A stretch of DNA of 64,000 bases from an uncultured Gemmatimonadales bacterium (GTDB taxonomy: Bacteria; Gemmatimonadota; Gemmatimonadetes; Gemmatimonadales; Gemmatimonadaceae): assembly GCA_963851265.1 (NCBI GenBank), contig CAWKNZ010000003.1, positions 160,001 through 224,000 of the forward strand. Reading direction: 5' to 3'. A program made the position numbers and the translations under genes. The notes under the pieces are model-generated. The model did not search any database, was not told the DNA's origin, and worked only from the letters and a program-made list of their open reading frames with translations. Positions 8,844-18,564 of the stretch are shown here, piece after piece. Positions within the stretch are counted from its first letter, which is position 1, and each line of letters begins with the position of its first letter.

Positions 8844-9701
8844 GTGTTCGTCGCCATCGGACTGCTGATCGTTTTCGGAAGCGTTATCGGCGGGTTCGTC
8901 ATGAACCACGGCCAGGTCGGCGTTCTCATCCAGGTCAACGAGTTTATCGTCATCGGCGGCGCCGCGCTCGGCGCGTTCGTGATCGCCAACGGGTTCGGCG
9001 CGCTCAAGGGCGCGCTCATGTCCACGATCGGGCTGCTCAAGCCCAACCCGTACGCCAAGGCCGGCTATTCCGAGCTGCTGCAGGTGCTCTACGAGACGTT
9101 CCAGAAGGCGCGCAAGGACGGTCTCGTCGGCCTCGAGTCGCACATCGAGGAGCCGGAGAAGAGCGACATCTTCTCCAAGTTCCCCGGCTTCGCGCACCAC
9201 CACCACGCGCTCTCGATGCTCGCCGACACCCTCAAGGTGCTGCTCTCGGGCGCGGTCGAGGACCACAACCTCGCCGAGATCCTCGACCTCGACCTCGACC
9301 AGCAGCTCGAGGCGAGCATGCACATCCCGCACGCCATCAACGGCGTGTCCGACGCGATGCCCGGGTTCGGGATCGTCGCCGCGGTGCTCGGCATCATCGT
9401 GACGATGGGCGCGATCGGCGGTGCGGCGAGCGAGATCGGCGAGCACGTGGCCGCGGCGCTCGTCGGCACGTTCGTCGGCATCCTCGTGTCGTACGGAGTG
9501 CTCGGCCCACTCGCCAAGGCCATCGAGGGGCGCGTGAAGGCGGAGCACGCGTACATGTGCTGCATCCGCACGGCGCTGCTCTCGTTCGCCCGGGGCGATG
9601 CGCCGATGACCGCGGTCGAGTTCGCGCGGCGCAACATCGACCCGCACGAGCGCCCGAGCTTCTCGGAGCTCGAGGGGCTCACGCGCAAGAAGGCCGCCTA
9701 A
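8844..9701 (+). CDS. motA: Flagellar motor stator protein MotA
   Basis: IGLLIVFGSVIGGF, EFIVIGGAALGAF, ARKDGLVGLESHIE, DAMPGFGIVAAVLG, AALVGTFVGIL, AVEFARR. Confidence 0.95.
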   Translation: MFVAIGLLIVFGSVIGGFVMNHGQVGVLIQVNEFIVIGGAALGAFVIANGFGALKGALMSTIGLLKPNPYAKAGYSELLQVLYETFQKARKDGLVGLESHIEEPEKSDIFSKFPGFAHHHHALSMLADTLKVLLSGAVEDHNLAEILDLDLDQQLEASMHIPHAINGVSDAMPGFGIVAAVLGIIVTMGAIGGAASEIGEHVAAALVGTFVGILVSYGVLGPLAKAIEGRVKAEHAYMCCIRTALLSFARGDAPMTAVEFARRNIDPHERPSFSELEGLTRKKAA

Positions 9702-9704
9702 CCC

Positions 9705-10559
9705 GTGGCGGCCGACAAGGGTGTGAAGAAGATCGTCATCGTCAAGAAGAAGAAGGGCGGCGGCGGCGGGCACCACGGCGGGTCGTGGAAGGTGGCCTAC
9801 GCCGACTTCGTGACCGCCATGATGGCCTTCTTCATGGTGATGTGGATCCTCGGGATGGACGACAAGGTCAAGCAGGCGGTCGAGGGCTACTTCTCCAACC
9901 CGATCGGCTACAAGAAGGGCTACGGCGCGGGCGCGAGCCCCATCTCGAGCGGGGCGAGTCCGGCGAGGGCGGCCACGCAGCAGGTGCGGATCCTCATGCG
10001 GGGCGCCGAATCGCAGGCGATGGCGAAGACCGCCGCCCAGATCAAGCAGCTCATCGCGGGCGACCCCAGCCTCAAGCAGCTGCACGCGAAGGTCGACGTG
10101 GTCGTGAGCGAGGACGGGCTGCGCATCGAACTCGTGGAGAGCGGCGACGGCGAGACGTTCTTCCCCGTGGGTTCGACGTCGATGAAGCCGGCTACCGTGA
10201 TCGCCCTGCGCCTGATCACCCCGGCCGTCGAGGCGCTCGGCAACCCGGTCGTGATCGAGGGGCACACCGACGCCGCGACGTACGGGGCCGGGGCGCAGTA
10301 CAACAACTGGGACCTCTCGGCCGAGCGCGCCAACGCCGCACGCCGCGTGCTCGAGGCCTCGGGCCTCCCCTCGGAACGGATCGACGAGGTGCGCGGGATG
10401 GCGGACCGCCGGCCGCGCGTGCCGGACGACCCGTACGCGGCGGCCAACCGGCGCATCAGCATCCTGCTCCCGTACCGCAGCCAATCCCCGGGCCCCGACG
10501 GTGCCGGGGCCGGGAAGTTGGCGACGCTGCCCGTGCGGGGCGCGCCGGCGCGCGACTAA
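9705..10559 (+). CDS. motB: Flagellar motor stator protein MotB
   Basis: HHGGSWKVAYADFVTAMMAFF plug motif and OmpA-like EGHTD..NWDLSAERANAARR..NRRISI. Confidence 0.95.
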   Translation: MAADKGVKKIVIVKKKKGGGGGHHGGSWKVAYADFVTAMMAFFMVMWILGMDDKVKQAVEGYFSNPIGYKKGYGAGASPISSGASPARAATQQVRILMRGAESQAMAKTAAQIKQLIAGDPSLKQLHAKVDVVVSEDGLRIELVESGDGETFFPVGSTSMKPATVIALRLITPAVEALGNPVVIEGHTDAATYGAGAQYNNWDLSAERANAARRVLEASGLPSERIDEVRGMADRRPRVPDDPYAAANRRISILLPYRSQSPGPDGAGAGKLATLPVRGAPARD

Positions 10560-10984
10560 CGCTCGGCGGCCTCGCCGTCGGAGTGGTCGAGCGCGTGATC
10601 GGCCGCGGGCTCGGCCGCGCCGCCCGCGGCGGTCCCGCCCCGCGCTTCGGCGAGTAGCGCGTCGGACAGCTGCCGCATGGCGTCGGCGTGCGCCGCGAGG
10701 AAGGTGGCGAGGCGGGCACGCACGGGCGCCGGCATGCGCCGGGTGCCGAGGCGGTACGCCTCGAGCGTCGCGCGGGGGACGCCGAGCACGTCGGCCATGC
10801 GCGTGATCGTGAGGCGAGGGACGTCCAGCGCGGCATGTACCTGCGCGTCGCGGGGGTCGGGGCGGCGGCGTCCCATCTGGGCCACGGGCTCGGCGTACGT
10901 TGGGCGGACCACCGGCATCTCGGTGCGCGCCGGCGCGCCGGCGTGATCGGTGGCGTGGTTCGGGGTGAACACGAAGGGGATCAC
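10556..10984 (-). CDS. Small helix-turn-helix (XRE/Cro-like) protein
   Basis: LTITRMADVLGVPRATLEAYRLGTRRMP is an XRE-like HTH. Start uncertain (GTG 10984 or ATG 10918). Confidence 0.6.
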   Translation of the reverse strand: MIPFVFTPNHATDHAGAPARTEMPVVRPTYAEPVAQMGRRRPDPRDAQVHAALDVPRLTITRMADVLGVPRATLEAYRLGTRRMPAPVRARLATFLAAHADAMRQLSDALLAEARGGTAAGGAAEPAADHALDHSDGEAAER

Positions 10985-11340
10985 GTGGTCACCCCGCGAG
11001 GTCGGTGCGGGACGTACGGCGGGCGGTCGATCGGCGGGCGGGCATCGGGCGGCTCGGGTGCGTGGTGTTAGGCGGTGGACGGCGGGGCGGCTCGCGCCAC
11101 GCCGCCGGCGGGACGGCCTCACACAAGGCAGCGGTCGGGCCGCCCGGCGCGGCGCGCCGGCGCGGCGGGCATTCACGCCGTAAGTACATCGCCAGCAACG
11201 CTTTACGTTGCCGAAGCATAGAACGGCTCGCCGATGCGGGCGCGCGCCGAAGCCCGACCTGTTGCGGCGCTGCTACGCTTCTCGCAACACCGACGCTACT
11301 GGCGTCCTACGACACCCGCGGCGGGCGGAGGCGTCGGGCG

Positions 11341-11375
11341 AAACGCGAAACGGACGGCGGGAATCCGCCGTCCGT
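11341..11375 (-). terminator. Intrinsic terminator of the minus-strand pilin operon
   Basis: 11-bp stem ACGGACGGCGG/CCGCCGTCCGT with GAAT loop, followed on the minus strand by a T-rich tract, 60 bp downstream of the PilX-like gene. Confidence 0.75.
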
Positions 11376-11435
11376 CCTGCGTTAGTCTTGCCCTTCGACG
11401 CGCCGTCGATACGCCTGCGGACGGCACGCCGGCGG

Positions 11436-13418
11436 TCAGTACGCCTGCAGCGAGTTGAACAGCTGCACCGGGTTGAACCGCGATGGGTCGCTCTCGTAGT
11501 AGCGGTTGAGCAGGTAGCGGCCCGTCGTCGGGAAGTACGGCGGCGAAGACACGAGCATGCACTGGTCGACCTCGCGGTTCTCCGCGAAGCCGGTCGCGTT
11601 GCCGGTCCACGTGGCGGAAATCGACTGCTCGATCACGCCGCCGACTTGCGCGATGCAGCCGCCCGACGTCGGCTGCCCCATGCAGTCGCCGGCCGCCACG
11701 CGCGGCCCGGTCAGCGGGTTCACCACGCCCACCGTGCCCGTGAGCGACATCAGCACGCCGTTGAGCCGGAAGTTCGGCCCGGTGCCCGACATGAAGCGGA
11801 CCTGGTTGGTGTCGTACGCCGCCGGGGGCTGGTTGTAGAGGATTTTCTGCGGCCGGTTCAGCGCGTTGTCCTCGATCATGATGTCGTTGACGGCGATCAT
11901 GCCGAGCATGTTCAGCGCGTCCGCGTTGCAATCGGTGCCTGGGGTGTTGGGCGGGACGACGTACACGAGGTCGTCGAGGAAGGTGAGATACCCGGAGGAG
12001 TAGAGGGTCACGCGCGAGCGGAGCAGCCCCGACACGTAGGCGTTGCCGTTCACGTAGACGATCCCCTTCCAACCGGAGTTCATCTGCTTGCCGAGCGGGA
12101 AGAGCCACTTCGCCTGGCCGTTGCGCTTGCTCGCGGTGAGGGCCGGGTTCACCGCGCCGGGCCAGGCGAGCCAGGTCCCCCACCGGCCGTTCGGCGTGAA
12201 CGTGGTGTCCGATCCGCCCTTGTAGCCGTCCTGCGCCGTCCAGTTGTTGCCCGACGGGCTGCGCTTGGTCACGTCGCGCTCGACGGCGGCCAGCTGCGGC
12301 GAGCCCGCCGGGAAGCAGCGGGCGCTCGGGTTCCGCATCACGGCGTCGTGCTCGGATTGCGACGGCGACCCCGGCGTGTTGTTGCTCGGCGTCGTGATCA
12401 TGTCGCTCGTCGTGCCGATGGAGTCCTTCATCCACTTCATCTTGTGGACGATGACCGGGTAGAACTTGCCGCCGTGGAAGTCGCCGCACAGGCTGTCGCT
12501 CCAGGCCGGCGGCGCGCTGGTCCCGCCCCAGCTCGGGAGCACGAGGCGGTCCCGGTAGGTGCTCCCCGCGTAAGTCTGAAACGCGCGCACGAAGCCCTCG
12601 TTCAGGCCCACGGAGTCGCCGTTGGCGTCGATGTCGGCGGCGACGAACTCGAGCCGGAGCGTCGTGTTGGGCGCCGGCGTGAAGCTCAGGCTGGCCGCGG
12701 CCGCGTAGCCCGGCATGAACGCGAGGCGCGACACCGTCGGCATCGGGATCGCGGCCTGGTTGGGCTTCACGGCGCCGACGCCCTTCACGTACGTCGGCGT
12801 GCCGCCCTGCGTGGTGATCGCGCCGACGGCTCCGACGGTGTCGTAGTACGTCGGCGTGCCCACGGAGGCCCAGGTCTGATTACTCCACGCCAGCCCGCGG
12901 ATGAACTCGCCCGTGCCGTAGGCGAGGCCGTTCGGCCACGTGTTGGTGAACATCGCGAAGCGCGCGAAGTTCTCCGCGGCGAGTTCGAGGCGCCGGACGT
13001 AGCGCGTGTTGTTGCCGTCGTCCGCGCGCGCGACCACGGTCACGAACTGCCCGTACTGCCCGGTCGTGATGCCCGACTTGCCGATGTAGAGCGTCACTCC
13101 GGTGCGCGGGAGCGCGACGCCGCTCGCGTTGTAGATGGGCGCGCGCGCCACGGTGACGAAGCCGCTGTCGGGGAGCCGCAGCGTGGTGTCGCGCTGAACG
13201 CGGCTCCGGCCGATCGCGAGCCCGGCCTCGGCGGCGTACCGGAAATCGCGCTCGCGCTCGTAGTACTTACCGACCAACGTCGTCGTGCGCGTGAGCGCGA
13301 CCGCCGACGCCGCGATCGCCCCGAGCGCGACGGTGACGAACAACACGAGGAGCAGGGCGCCGCCGCGGCGGCACGTGGCGAACGACGAACGACGGGCGAC
13401 GGGCGACGGCGGGCGCAT
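11436..13418 (-). CDS. PilX-like type IV pilus assembly protein with large C-terminal domain
   Basis: RRGGALLLVLFVTVALG..FRYAAEAGL N-terminus (no Glu5, as in PilX/GspK) and several paired cysteines. Last gene of the prepilin operon. Confidence 0.7.
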   Translation of the reverse strand: MRPPSPVARRSSFATCRRGGALLLVLFVTVALGAIAASAVALTRTTTLVGKYYERERDFRYAAEAGLAIGRSRVQRDTTLRLPDSGFVTVARAPIYNASGVALPRTGVTLYIGKSGITTGQYGQFVTVVARADDGNNTRYVRRLELAAENFARFAMFTNTWPNGLAYGTGEFIRGLAWSNQTWASVGTPTYYDTVGAVGAITTQGGTPTYVKGVGAVKPNQAAIPMPTVSRLAFMPGYAAAASLSFTPAPNTTLRLEFVAADIDANGDSVGLNEGFVRAFQTYAGSTYRDRLVLPSWGGTSAPPAWSDSLCGDFHGGKFYPVIVHKMKWMKDSIGTTSDMITTPSNNTPGSPSQSEHDAVMRNPSARCFPAGSPQLAAVERDVTKRSPSGNNWTAQDGYKGGSDTTFTPNGRWGTWLAWPGAVNPALTASKRNGQAKWLFPLGKQMNSGWKGIVYVNGNAYVSGLLRSRVTLYSSGYLTFLDDLVYVVPPNTPGTDCNADALNMLGMIAVNDIMIEDNALNRPQKILYNQPPAAYDTNQVRFMSGTGPNFRLNGVLMSLTGTVGVVNPLTGPRVAAGDCMGQPTSGGCIAQVGGVIEQSISATWTGNATGFAENREVDQCMLVSSPPYFPTTGRYLLNRYYESDPSRFNPVQLFNSLQAY

Positions 13419-13441
13419 GGCGGCGGGCGGCGGGGCGGCAG

Positions 13442-14671
13442 TCAGGGGACGACGGGGATCTGCAGCGGCATCGTCGGCCACATCGTCGCGACCTGTGGCT
13501 GGCAGTCCTGCGCGACGACGGCGTAGATGAACGTGTTGGTGCTCGACGACGTCTGGGTGGCGAGCGGGGCGCGCTTCACGTCGTAGTCGACGTACGTGTA
13601 GACCTGCCCCGCGCGCCCGGCTGCGGGCACGTCGGCGATCGGGTTCGTGTACGGGGCGCCGTTGATCGACCGGTAGATGAGGTAGCGGTCGACGTCGCGC
13701 TCGCCCGCGCCGTCGTCGGTGACGGCAGTCCAGATCACCGTCACGTGGTCGGGGTTCCCGCTGTTCGACGCGAGGGCGGCGGCCGCCGGCGACGGGTCGG
13801 GCGCGGTGCCGCACGAGTTGCGGCGGAGCGCCGTCACGTTGATGAGCGCCGTACTCGCGCTGGCCGTGCGTTGGCCGAGCGCGCCGCCCCGCCGCGGGTC
13901 ACGGTACTGCCCCGCCGCGTTCACCACCACGACGCGCACCCGGTCCACCTGGGACGCGATGCGCCCGGTTTCGCCGGTGTCGGCCGGGGACCCGTGGGTG
14001 GCGGCGAGGTGCCGCAGGGGGAACGCGCTCGCGGGGACGGTGTCGAGTGCCGCCGTCGTGTCCTTGACCCAGACGTACTTGAAAAAGGGGTCGCCCGGCC
14101 TGATGTAGAGGCCGGTCGTGACGACGACCGGCGCGAGGCGGTTGACCTGGCGGAACAGCACGTATTCGTTAGGCCGCGGGCTGGACGAGTCCCGGCTCAC
14201 CCAGTACGACACGGTTTCGGCGAACGCGGGGCTGCCGTCGGAGAGGACGAAGGGCACCTGCGGGTAGCTCCCGAGCGCGCGCGGGAGCGTCACCGCCGGC
14301 GGCTGCAGCGCGACGGCCGCCGTGCTGTCGACGCTCGGGTCGTAGGTGATGGCCCAGATGTCGAGCGAGTCCTTCGCGTTGACGAGGTCGGCGTTGAAGG
14401 TGATCGCGTACGGGTCGGCCGCGACGAGCATCGGCTGCGTCGACAACGTGCCGGTGCCGATCATGCGGAGCTCGCGTTCGAGCGTCGTGATCGCGAATCG
14501 CGCGTTCTGCCCGGCGTCGCCCCGCGCCGCCGCGGCCGCGATCACCTTGGGCTGCCCGGTGACGAACGGCAGTGCGGCGCCGACGACGACCGCCGTGAGC
14601 ACGGCGGCGACGAGCAGTTCGGCGAGCGTGAAGCCGGGGCGCGCGCGCCGCGGGTGCGTGGGTGAGCGCAT
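13442..14671 (-). CDS. PilW-like minor pilin with C-terminal FN3-like region
   Basis: Class III signal RPG|FTLAELLVAAVL, QNARFAITTLERELRMIG, and C-terminal VTVIW..YLIYRS..YTYVD..YAVVAQD. Confidence 0.8.
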   Translation of the reverse strand: MRSPTHPRRARPGFTLAELLVAAVLTAVVVGAALPFVTGQPKVIAAAAARGDAGQNARFAITTLERELRMIGTGTLSTQPMLVAADPYAITFNADLVNAKDSLDIWAITYDPSVDSTAAVALQPPAVTLPRALGSYPQVPFVLSDGSPAFAETVSYWVSRDSSSPRPNEYVLFRQVNRLAPVVVTTGLYIRPGDPFFKYVWVKDTTAALDTVPASAFPLRHLAATHGSPADTGETGRIASQVDRVRVVVVNAAGQYRDPRRGGALGQRTASASTALINVTALRRNSCGTAPDPSPAAAALASNSGNPDHVTVIWTAVTDDGAGERDVDRYLIYRSINGAPYTNPIADVPAAGRAGQVYTYVDYDVKRAPLATQTSSSTNTFIYAVVAQDCQPQVATMWPTMPLQIPVVP

Positions 14672-14673
14672 GG

Positions 14674-15090
14674 TCAAAAGGCGGCGATTGCGGTCGTCTT
14701 GCTCACGGACGTCGCGAGCGCCGAGTTCGTGACGGTGACGGTCACGGTCTTGTAGTCGACCGTCGAGGTGCTGGTGTGCAGGACGACGGTGCGACGCGTG
14801 AAGTGCGGCGCGTTGGCGATGGTGGGCTCGGTTCCGGCGAGCGCGTCGATGGCCGCGTAGCTCGTCGCCGACTTGGCCGACTCGACGCGCTGCACGGCGA
14901 GATCGCTGGCCGACGCGCGGAGCGCGGCGCTATTGGACGCGCGCACGAAGTTGCGCGTGAAGACGGCGAACCCGAGGAGCACCGCGCCGATCATCGCGAT
15001 GGCGAAGATCACCTCGACGAGGGTGAACCCGGCGCGCCCGCGGCCGCGCCCGCGGATCCGGCCCGCACGCGGCGACCCGGGCGACGTCAC
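14674..15090 (-). CDS. PilV-like minor pilin
   Basis: RAG|FTLVEVIFAIAMIG..LAVQRVE..KTVTVTV. Confidence 0.8.
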   Translation of the reverse strand: MTSPGSPRAGRIRGRGRGRAGFTLVEVIFAIAMIGAVLLGFAVFTRNFVRASNSAALRASASDLAVQRVESAKSATSYAAIDALAGTEPTIANAPHFTRRTVVLHTSTSTVDYKTVTVTVTNSALATSVSKTTAIAAF

Positions 15091-15779
15091 AGGCTCCTCC
15101 GCACCCACGCCGCGGCCGCCGCGTTGCGCGCCCACCACGTGACGCGCCCGGTGCCGCGCGCGACGGTGATCGCGCGCCACTGGGTCGTCGCGCCGCGGAC
15201 GACGCGCACGTAGATCTCGACGTTGTCGCTCGCCGCGCCGTCGCGCCGGAACGCCACGCTCGGCAGCCCGTCGGTGAGCGCCGGGGAGGTGTTGAAGCTG
15301 ACGAGTGAGGAGACGACGGCGCCGTTCACCCCGGTGGGCGGCCTGCCGAACTTGGCCGCGGGGGTGTCGACCGGCCTCCAGGTGACGCGCTCCGAATCGG
15401 CGACGCCGGCGTCGTACCGCAGGTTGCCGTTACGGTCCTCGAGGACGCGCATCCGGGCCCGCGTCGTGTCGAAGCCGACGACGACGGTCGACTGTTCGGT
15501 CACCGCGAGGCGCTCGGCGGTCTGCAGCGCGCCCGCGATCACGCGGGCGGCGGCGTCGGCGTCGTAGGCGGCCCGGTTCACGCGCGGCGTGACGGCGGCG
15601 AGCGCGACGGCCATGATCACGAGCGTGACGAACAGCTCAATGATCGAGTAGCCCGCACGCGCCCTGGGGCGCGGCGGGAGGGGTGCCGCCGCGGGCGCGG
15701 CAGCGAGGGCGGAGTCTGGCACGACGGCAGGGGGCGGACGGGTCCGCACCCGGGACGAGCGACGCGGCCGCCGCGTCAC
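15087..15779 (-). CDS. FimT/FimU/GspH-like minor pilin
   Basis: RAG|YSIIELFVTLVIMAVALAAVTP..LQTAERLAV..AFRRDG..ITVARGTGRV. Start uncertain. Confidence 0.8.
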   Translation of the reverse strand: MTRRPRRSSRVRTRPPPAVVPDSALAAAPAAAPLPPRPRARAGYSIIELFVTLVIMAVALAAVTPRVNRAAYDADAAARVIAGALQTAERLAVTEQSTVVVGFDTTRARMRVLEDRNGNLRYDAGVADSERVTWRPVDTPAAKFGRPPTGVNGAVVSSLVSFNTSPALTDGLPSVAFRRDGAASDNVEIYVRVVRGATTQWRAITVARGTGRVTWWARNAAAAAWVRRSL

Positions 15780-15800
15780 GCGCCTGCGACGGCGCCCGCG

Positions 15801-16949
15801 CTACTCTCGCAGAAACGCCCCCAGCGGCGCGAGCGACGGCACGTGCTCGGCCAACACGTTGAGCGCCGCGGCCGCCGGCACGGCGAGGAAGACGCCGGCG
15901 ACCCCCCAGAGCGCGTATCCCGCGAGCACGGCCACGAGGATCGCGAACGGGTTCAGGCTCAGGCGCCGCCCGTACGCAATGGGGCTGACGAAGCTGTTCT
16001 GGAGGGTGCTGACGAGCAGGTACGTCGCGGGCGGCGCGAGCGCCGCGGCAACCGAGCCGGTCGACGCGAGGCCGACGACCGTGAGGCCGGCGACCATCAC
16101 CGCCGCGCCGAGGTACGGCAGCGTCTCGAGGAACACGGTCGCGAGGCCCCACAGGATCGGGCTCGGCACGTGCAGCGCCCAGAGGGCGAGCGCGACGACC
16201 GTTCCCTGCGCGGAGCTGATGAGCAGGAGCGTACCGAGGTAGCGCGCGACGTGCGCCTCGGAGGCGCGGACGACCTCGACGGCCGTACGCTTGGCGTTCG
16301 GGTCGTTCAGGCCGCCGACGAGGCGCCGCAAGAAACGGTCGTCGCCTGCCAGCAAGAAGTAGAGCAGGAGCAGCACCTCCGCCGCGCTCGCCAGCAGGCC
16401 GGCCGTCGTCCCGAACAGGTGCTGGATGGCCGTGCCGAGCGCGTTGGGTGGGACGCCGGGGATGGCGCCGGCCGCGGACCCGGTGCCCGCAGCGCCGCCG
16501 GCCGCCTGCGCCTCAGTCGCGCGGCGGCCCCGCGTGCGCGGGCCGGACCCGTCCACGGCCTGGGTCATGCGCTGCAGCGGGCGCCGGAGGTCGTCGAGGC
16601 GCGTGCGCGCCTTCGTCAGCAGCTGCGGCATCTCGGTGACGAGGTCGCGCGCGGGCTGCTCGAGCGCGATGCCGGCAGCGCCTAACGTCCCCAGGAGGGC
16701 GAGCATGACGACGGCCGCGCCGACGGGCACCGGGAGGCGGAGGTGGTCGCGCAGCCAGCGCACCACGGGGCGGAGCACGGACGCGAACGCGGCCGCGAGG
16801 CCGAGCGGGACGAACACGTCGCGCCCGGCCCAGAGCGCCCCTACGGCGGCCACCGCCGCGATGACCCCGACGCTGACAGTTCGGACGGCGTCGGGGGACC
16901 ACGCGCGGGAGAGTACGTGCGTCGGGGACTGCGGTTCGTCAGAGGTCAT
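15801..16949 (-). CDS. AI-2E family (PerM) transporter
   Basis: VFVPLGLA..LRPVVRWL, LLYFLL, LPYLGA, LQNSFVSPIAYGRRLSLNP, WGVAGVFLAVP. Confidence 0.88.
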   Translation of the reverse strand: MTSDEPQSPTHVLSRAWSPDAVRTVSVGVIAAVAAVGALWAGRDVFVPLGLAAAFASVLRPVVRWLRDHLRLPVPVGAAVVMLALLGTLGAAGIALEQPARDLVTEMPQLLTKARTRLDDLRRPLQRMTQAVDGSGPRTRGRRATEAQAAGGAAGTGSAAGAIPGVPPNALGTAIQHLFGTTAGLLASAAEVLLLLYFLLAGDDRFLRRLVGGLNDPNAKRTAVEVVRASEAHVARYLGTLLLISSAQGTVVALALWALHVPSPILWGLATVFLETLPYLGAAVMVAGLTVVGLASTGSVAAALAPPATYLLVSTLQNSFVSPIAYGRRLSLNPFAILVAVLAGYALWGVAGVFLAVPAAAALNVLAEHVPSLAPLGAFLRE

Positions 16950-17000
16950 GGGTGCGCCGACGGCATGGTGCGTACCGCGTCGGTGCCCGCCGTGCACACC

Positions 17001-18365
17001 TCAGGCAGCGGTGGCGAGCCGGTCGCGCGCCCACCCGAGCGCTTCGGTGTAGTCGGCGCTGACCGCCTGGGCGGCGATGCCGATCGCGGCGGACGCGTCG
17101 GCGACCGCGTCCCAATCGCCGCGCTCCTGCGCCTCGACGAGGGCGAGGGTGGCCGCGTACGGGCCGGAGCGGGTGAGCAGGGCCGCCTTGACGTCGCTGG
17201 CGATCGACATGCGCGAGAGTACGCCGTCCATGGGCATGCGGAGCAGCACGTCGAGCAGCGAAAAGAGACCGGTGAGGAAGAGCGGTCCGGTGGCGACCAT
17301 GCCCGGACGCAGCCCGCGCGCCTGCGCCCCGCGTTCGCCGATGAGCTCGGACAGCCGCCCGCGCGCGAGTGCGGCGAGCACGAGCTCGCGCGAGATGCCG
17401 CTGCGCGCGGCCATGCTCGACACGAAGAGCAGGGTGAGCCAACGGTGCAGCGGCTTGCGCCCGACCATGCGCAGCGCGAACCCGATCGACGACACCTCGC
17501 GCCCGGAGAACGCCGCCGAGTTGGCGATGCGGAGCAGCTTGTACGAGAGCGACGGGTCGCCCTTGAACGCCTGCTCGATGTCGGCGTCGGCGGTGGCGGG
17601 CTCGTCGACGAGGTTCATGAGCCGCACCAGCGTGGAATGCTCGACGCCGAGCTCGCGGTGCGAGACGATCTGCGGGCGGCTGTAGAAGTAGCCCTGGAAC
17701 AGCGTGTAGCCCAGGCGGCGGCAGACGTCGCGGACCTCCGACGTCTCGACGCGCTCGGCGAGGAGGCGGACGCCGTACGGGCGCAGCTCGTCGGCGGCGC
17801 GTTTGAGCTCCGCCTCGCTCTGGCCGAGCACGTCGATCTTGACGACGCTGGCGAGCTTCAGCAGCGGCTCGTAGCCGGGACGGTTGACGAAGTCGTCGAG
17901 GGCAAGCGAGTAGCCCTGCGAGACGAGGCGCTCGCACGCGCGCACCACCTCCTCGTCCGGCTCGACGGTTTCGAGCAGCTCGATCATGACCGTGCTCGGC
18001 TCGAACAGTTCGTACAGGCGGCCGAGGAGGAAGTCGCGCGTCAGGTTCACGAACGCGAGCGTCCCGCCGGTGAGCGGCCCGATGCCGATCGTCATCAGGG
18101 TGTGCAGCACCGTGTCGGTGCACATCTGGTCGATCGACGCACCGTACGCGGCGGTCGCCGTCGCGCCGCTCCGGTACAGGAGTTCGTACGCGAAGAGGCG
18201 ATCGCTCTCGTCGAAGATCGGCTGGCGTCCCACGAACACGTCGTGGATGCCGCCCACGCCCGCCGCGGCCGCAGCCGGGTCGAACGACGGCGGCGGAGGC
18301 GTTGGCGTCGTTGGAACCGGAGACGGGAGTGCGACGGGCGCGGCGCGGCGGAACAGGGTGCGCAT
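17001..18365 (-). CDS. EAL-HDOD domain protein (YuxH/PdeH-like c-di-GMP phosphodiesterase)
   Basis: FVGRQPIF..AYELLYR, IELLE, LALDDF, VKID, LLAERVET, FQGYFYSRP, then HDOD DPSLSYKLLRIANS..FLTGLFSLLD. Confidence 0.9.
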   Translation of the reverse strand: MRTLFRRAAPVALPSPVPTTPTPPPPSFDPAAAAAGVGGIHDVFVGRQPIFDESDRLFAYELLYRSGATATAAYGASIDQMCTDTVLHTLMTIGIGPLTGGTLAFVNLTRDFLLGRLYELFEPSTVMIELLETVEPDEEVVRACERLVSQGYSLALDDFVNRPGYEPLLKLASVVKIDVLGQSEAELKRAADELRPYGVRLLAERVETSEVRDVCRRLGYTLFQGYFYSRPQIVSHRELGVEHSTLVRLMNLVDEPATADADIEQAFKGDPSLSYKLLRIANSAAFSGREVSSIGFALRMVGRKPLHRWLTLLFVSSMAARSGISRELVLAALARGRLSELIGERGAQARGLRPGMVATGPLFLTGLFSLLDVLLRMPMDGVLSRMSIASDVKAALLTRSGPYAATLALVEAQERGDWDAVADASAAIGIAAQAVSADYTEALGWARDRLATAA

Positions 18366-18564
18366 GGGCGCGGGGTGCGGGCGGGAGGGGGAAGCAACGG
18401 GGGGACGACCGAGGGAGGGCAAGGGCACGGCGGGTGGCGCGTGAGATCGGCCGCGGTCCGAATGCCCGCGGTGGGCCGCCGTGCCCTCGGCGGTCGCCGC
18501 CGCACTCCGCGCGGCGGCCATCGCGGGCGTGGGCCGTTACGTTTTCGGGGTGACGCCCGACCTC

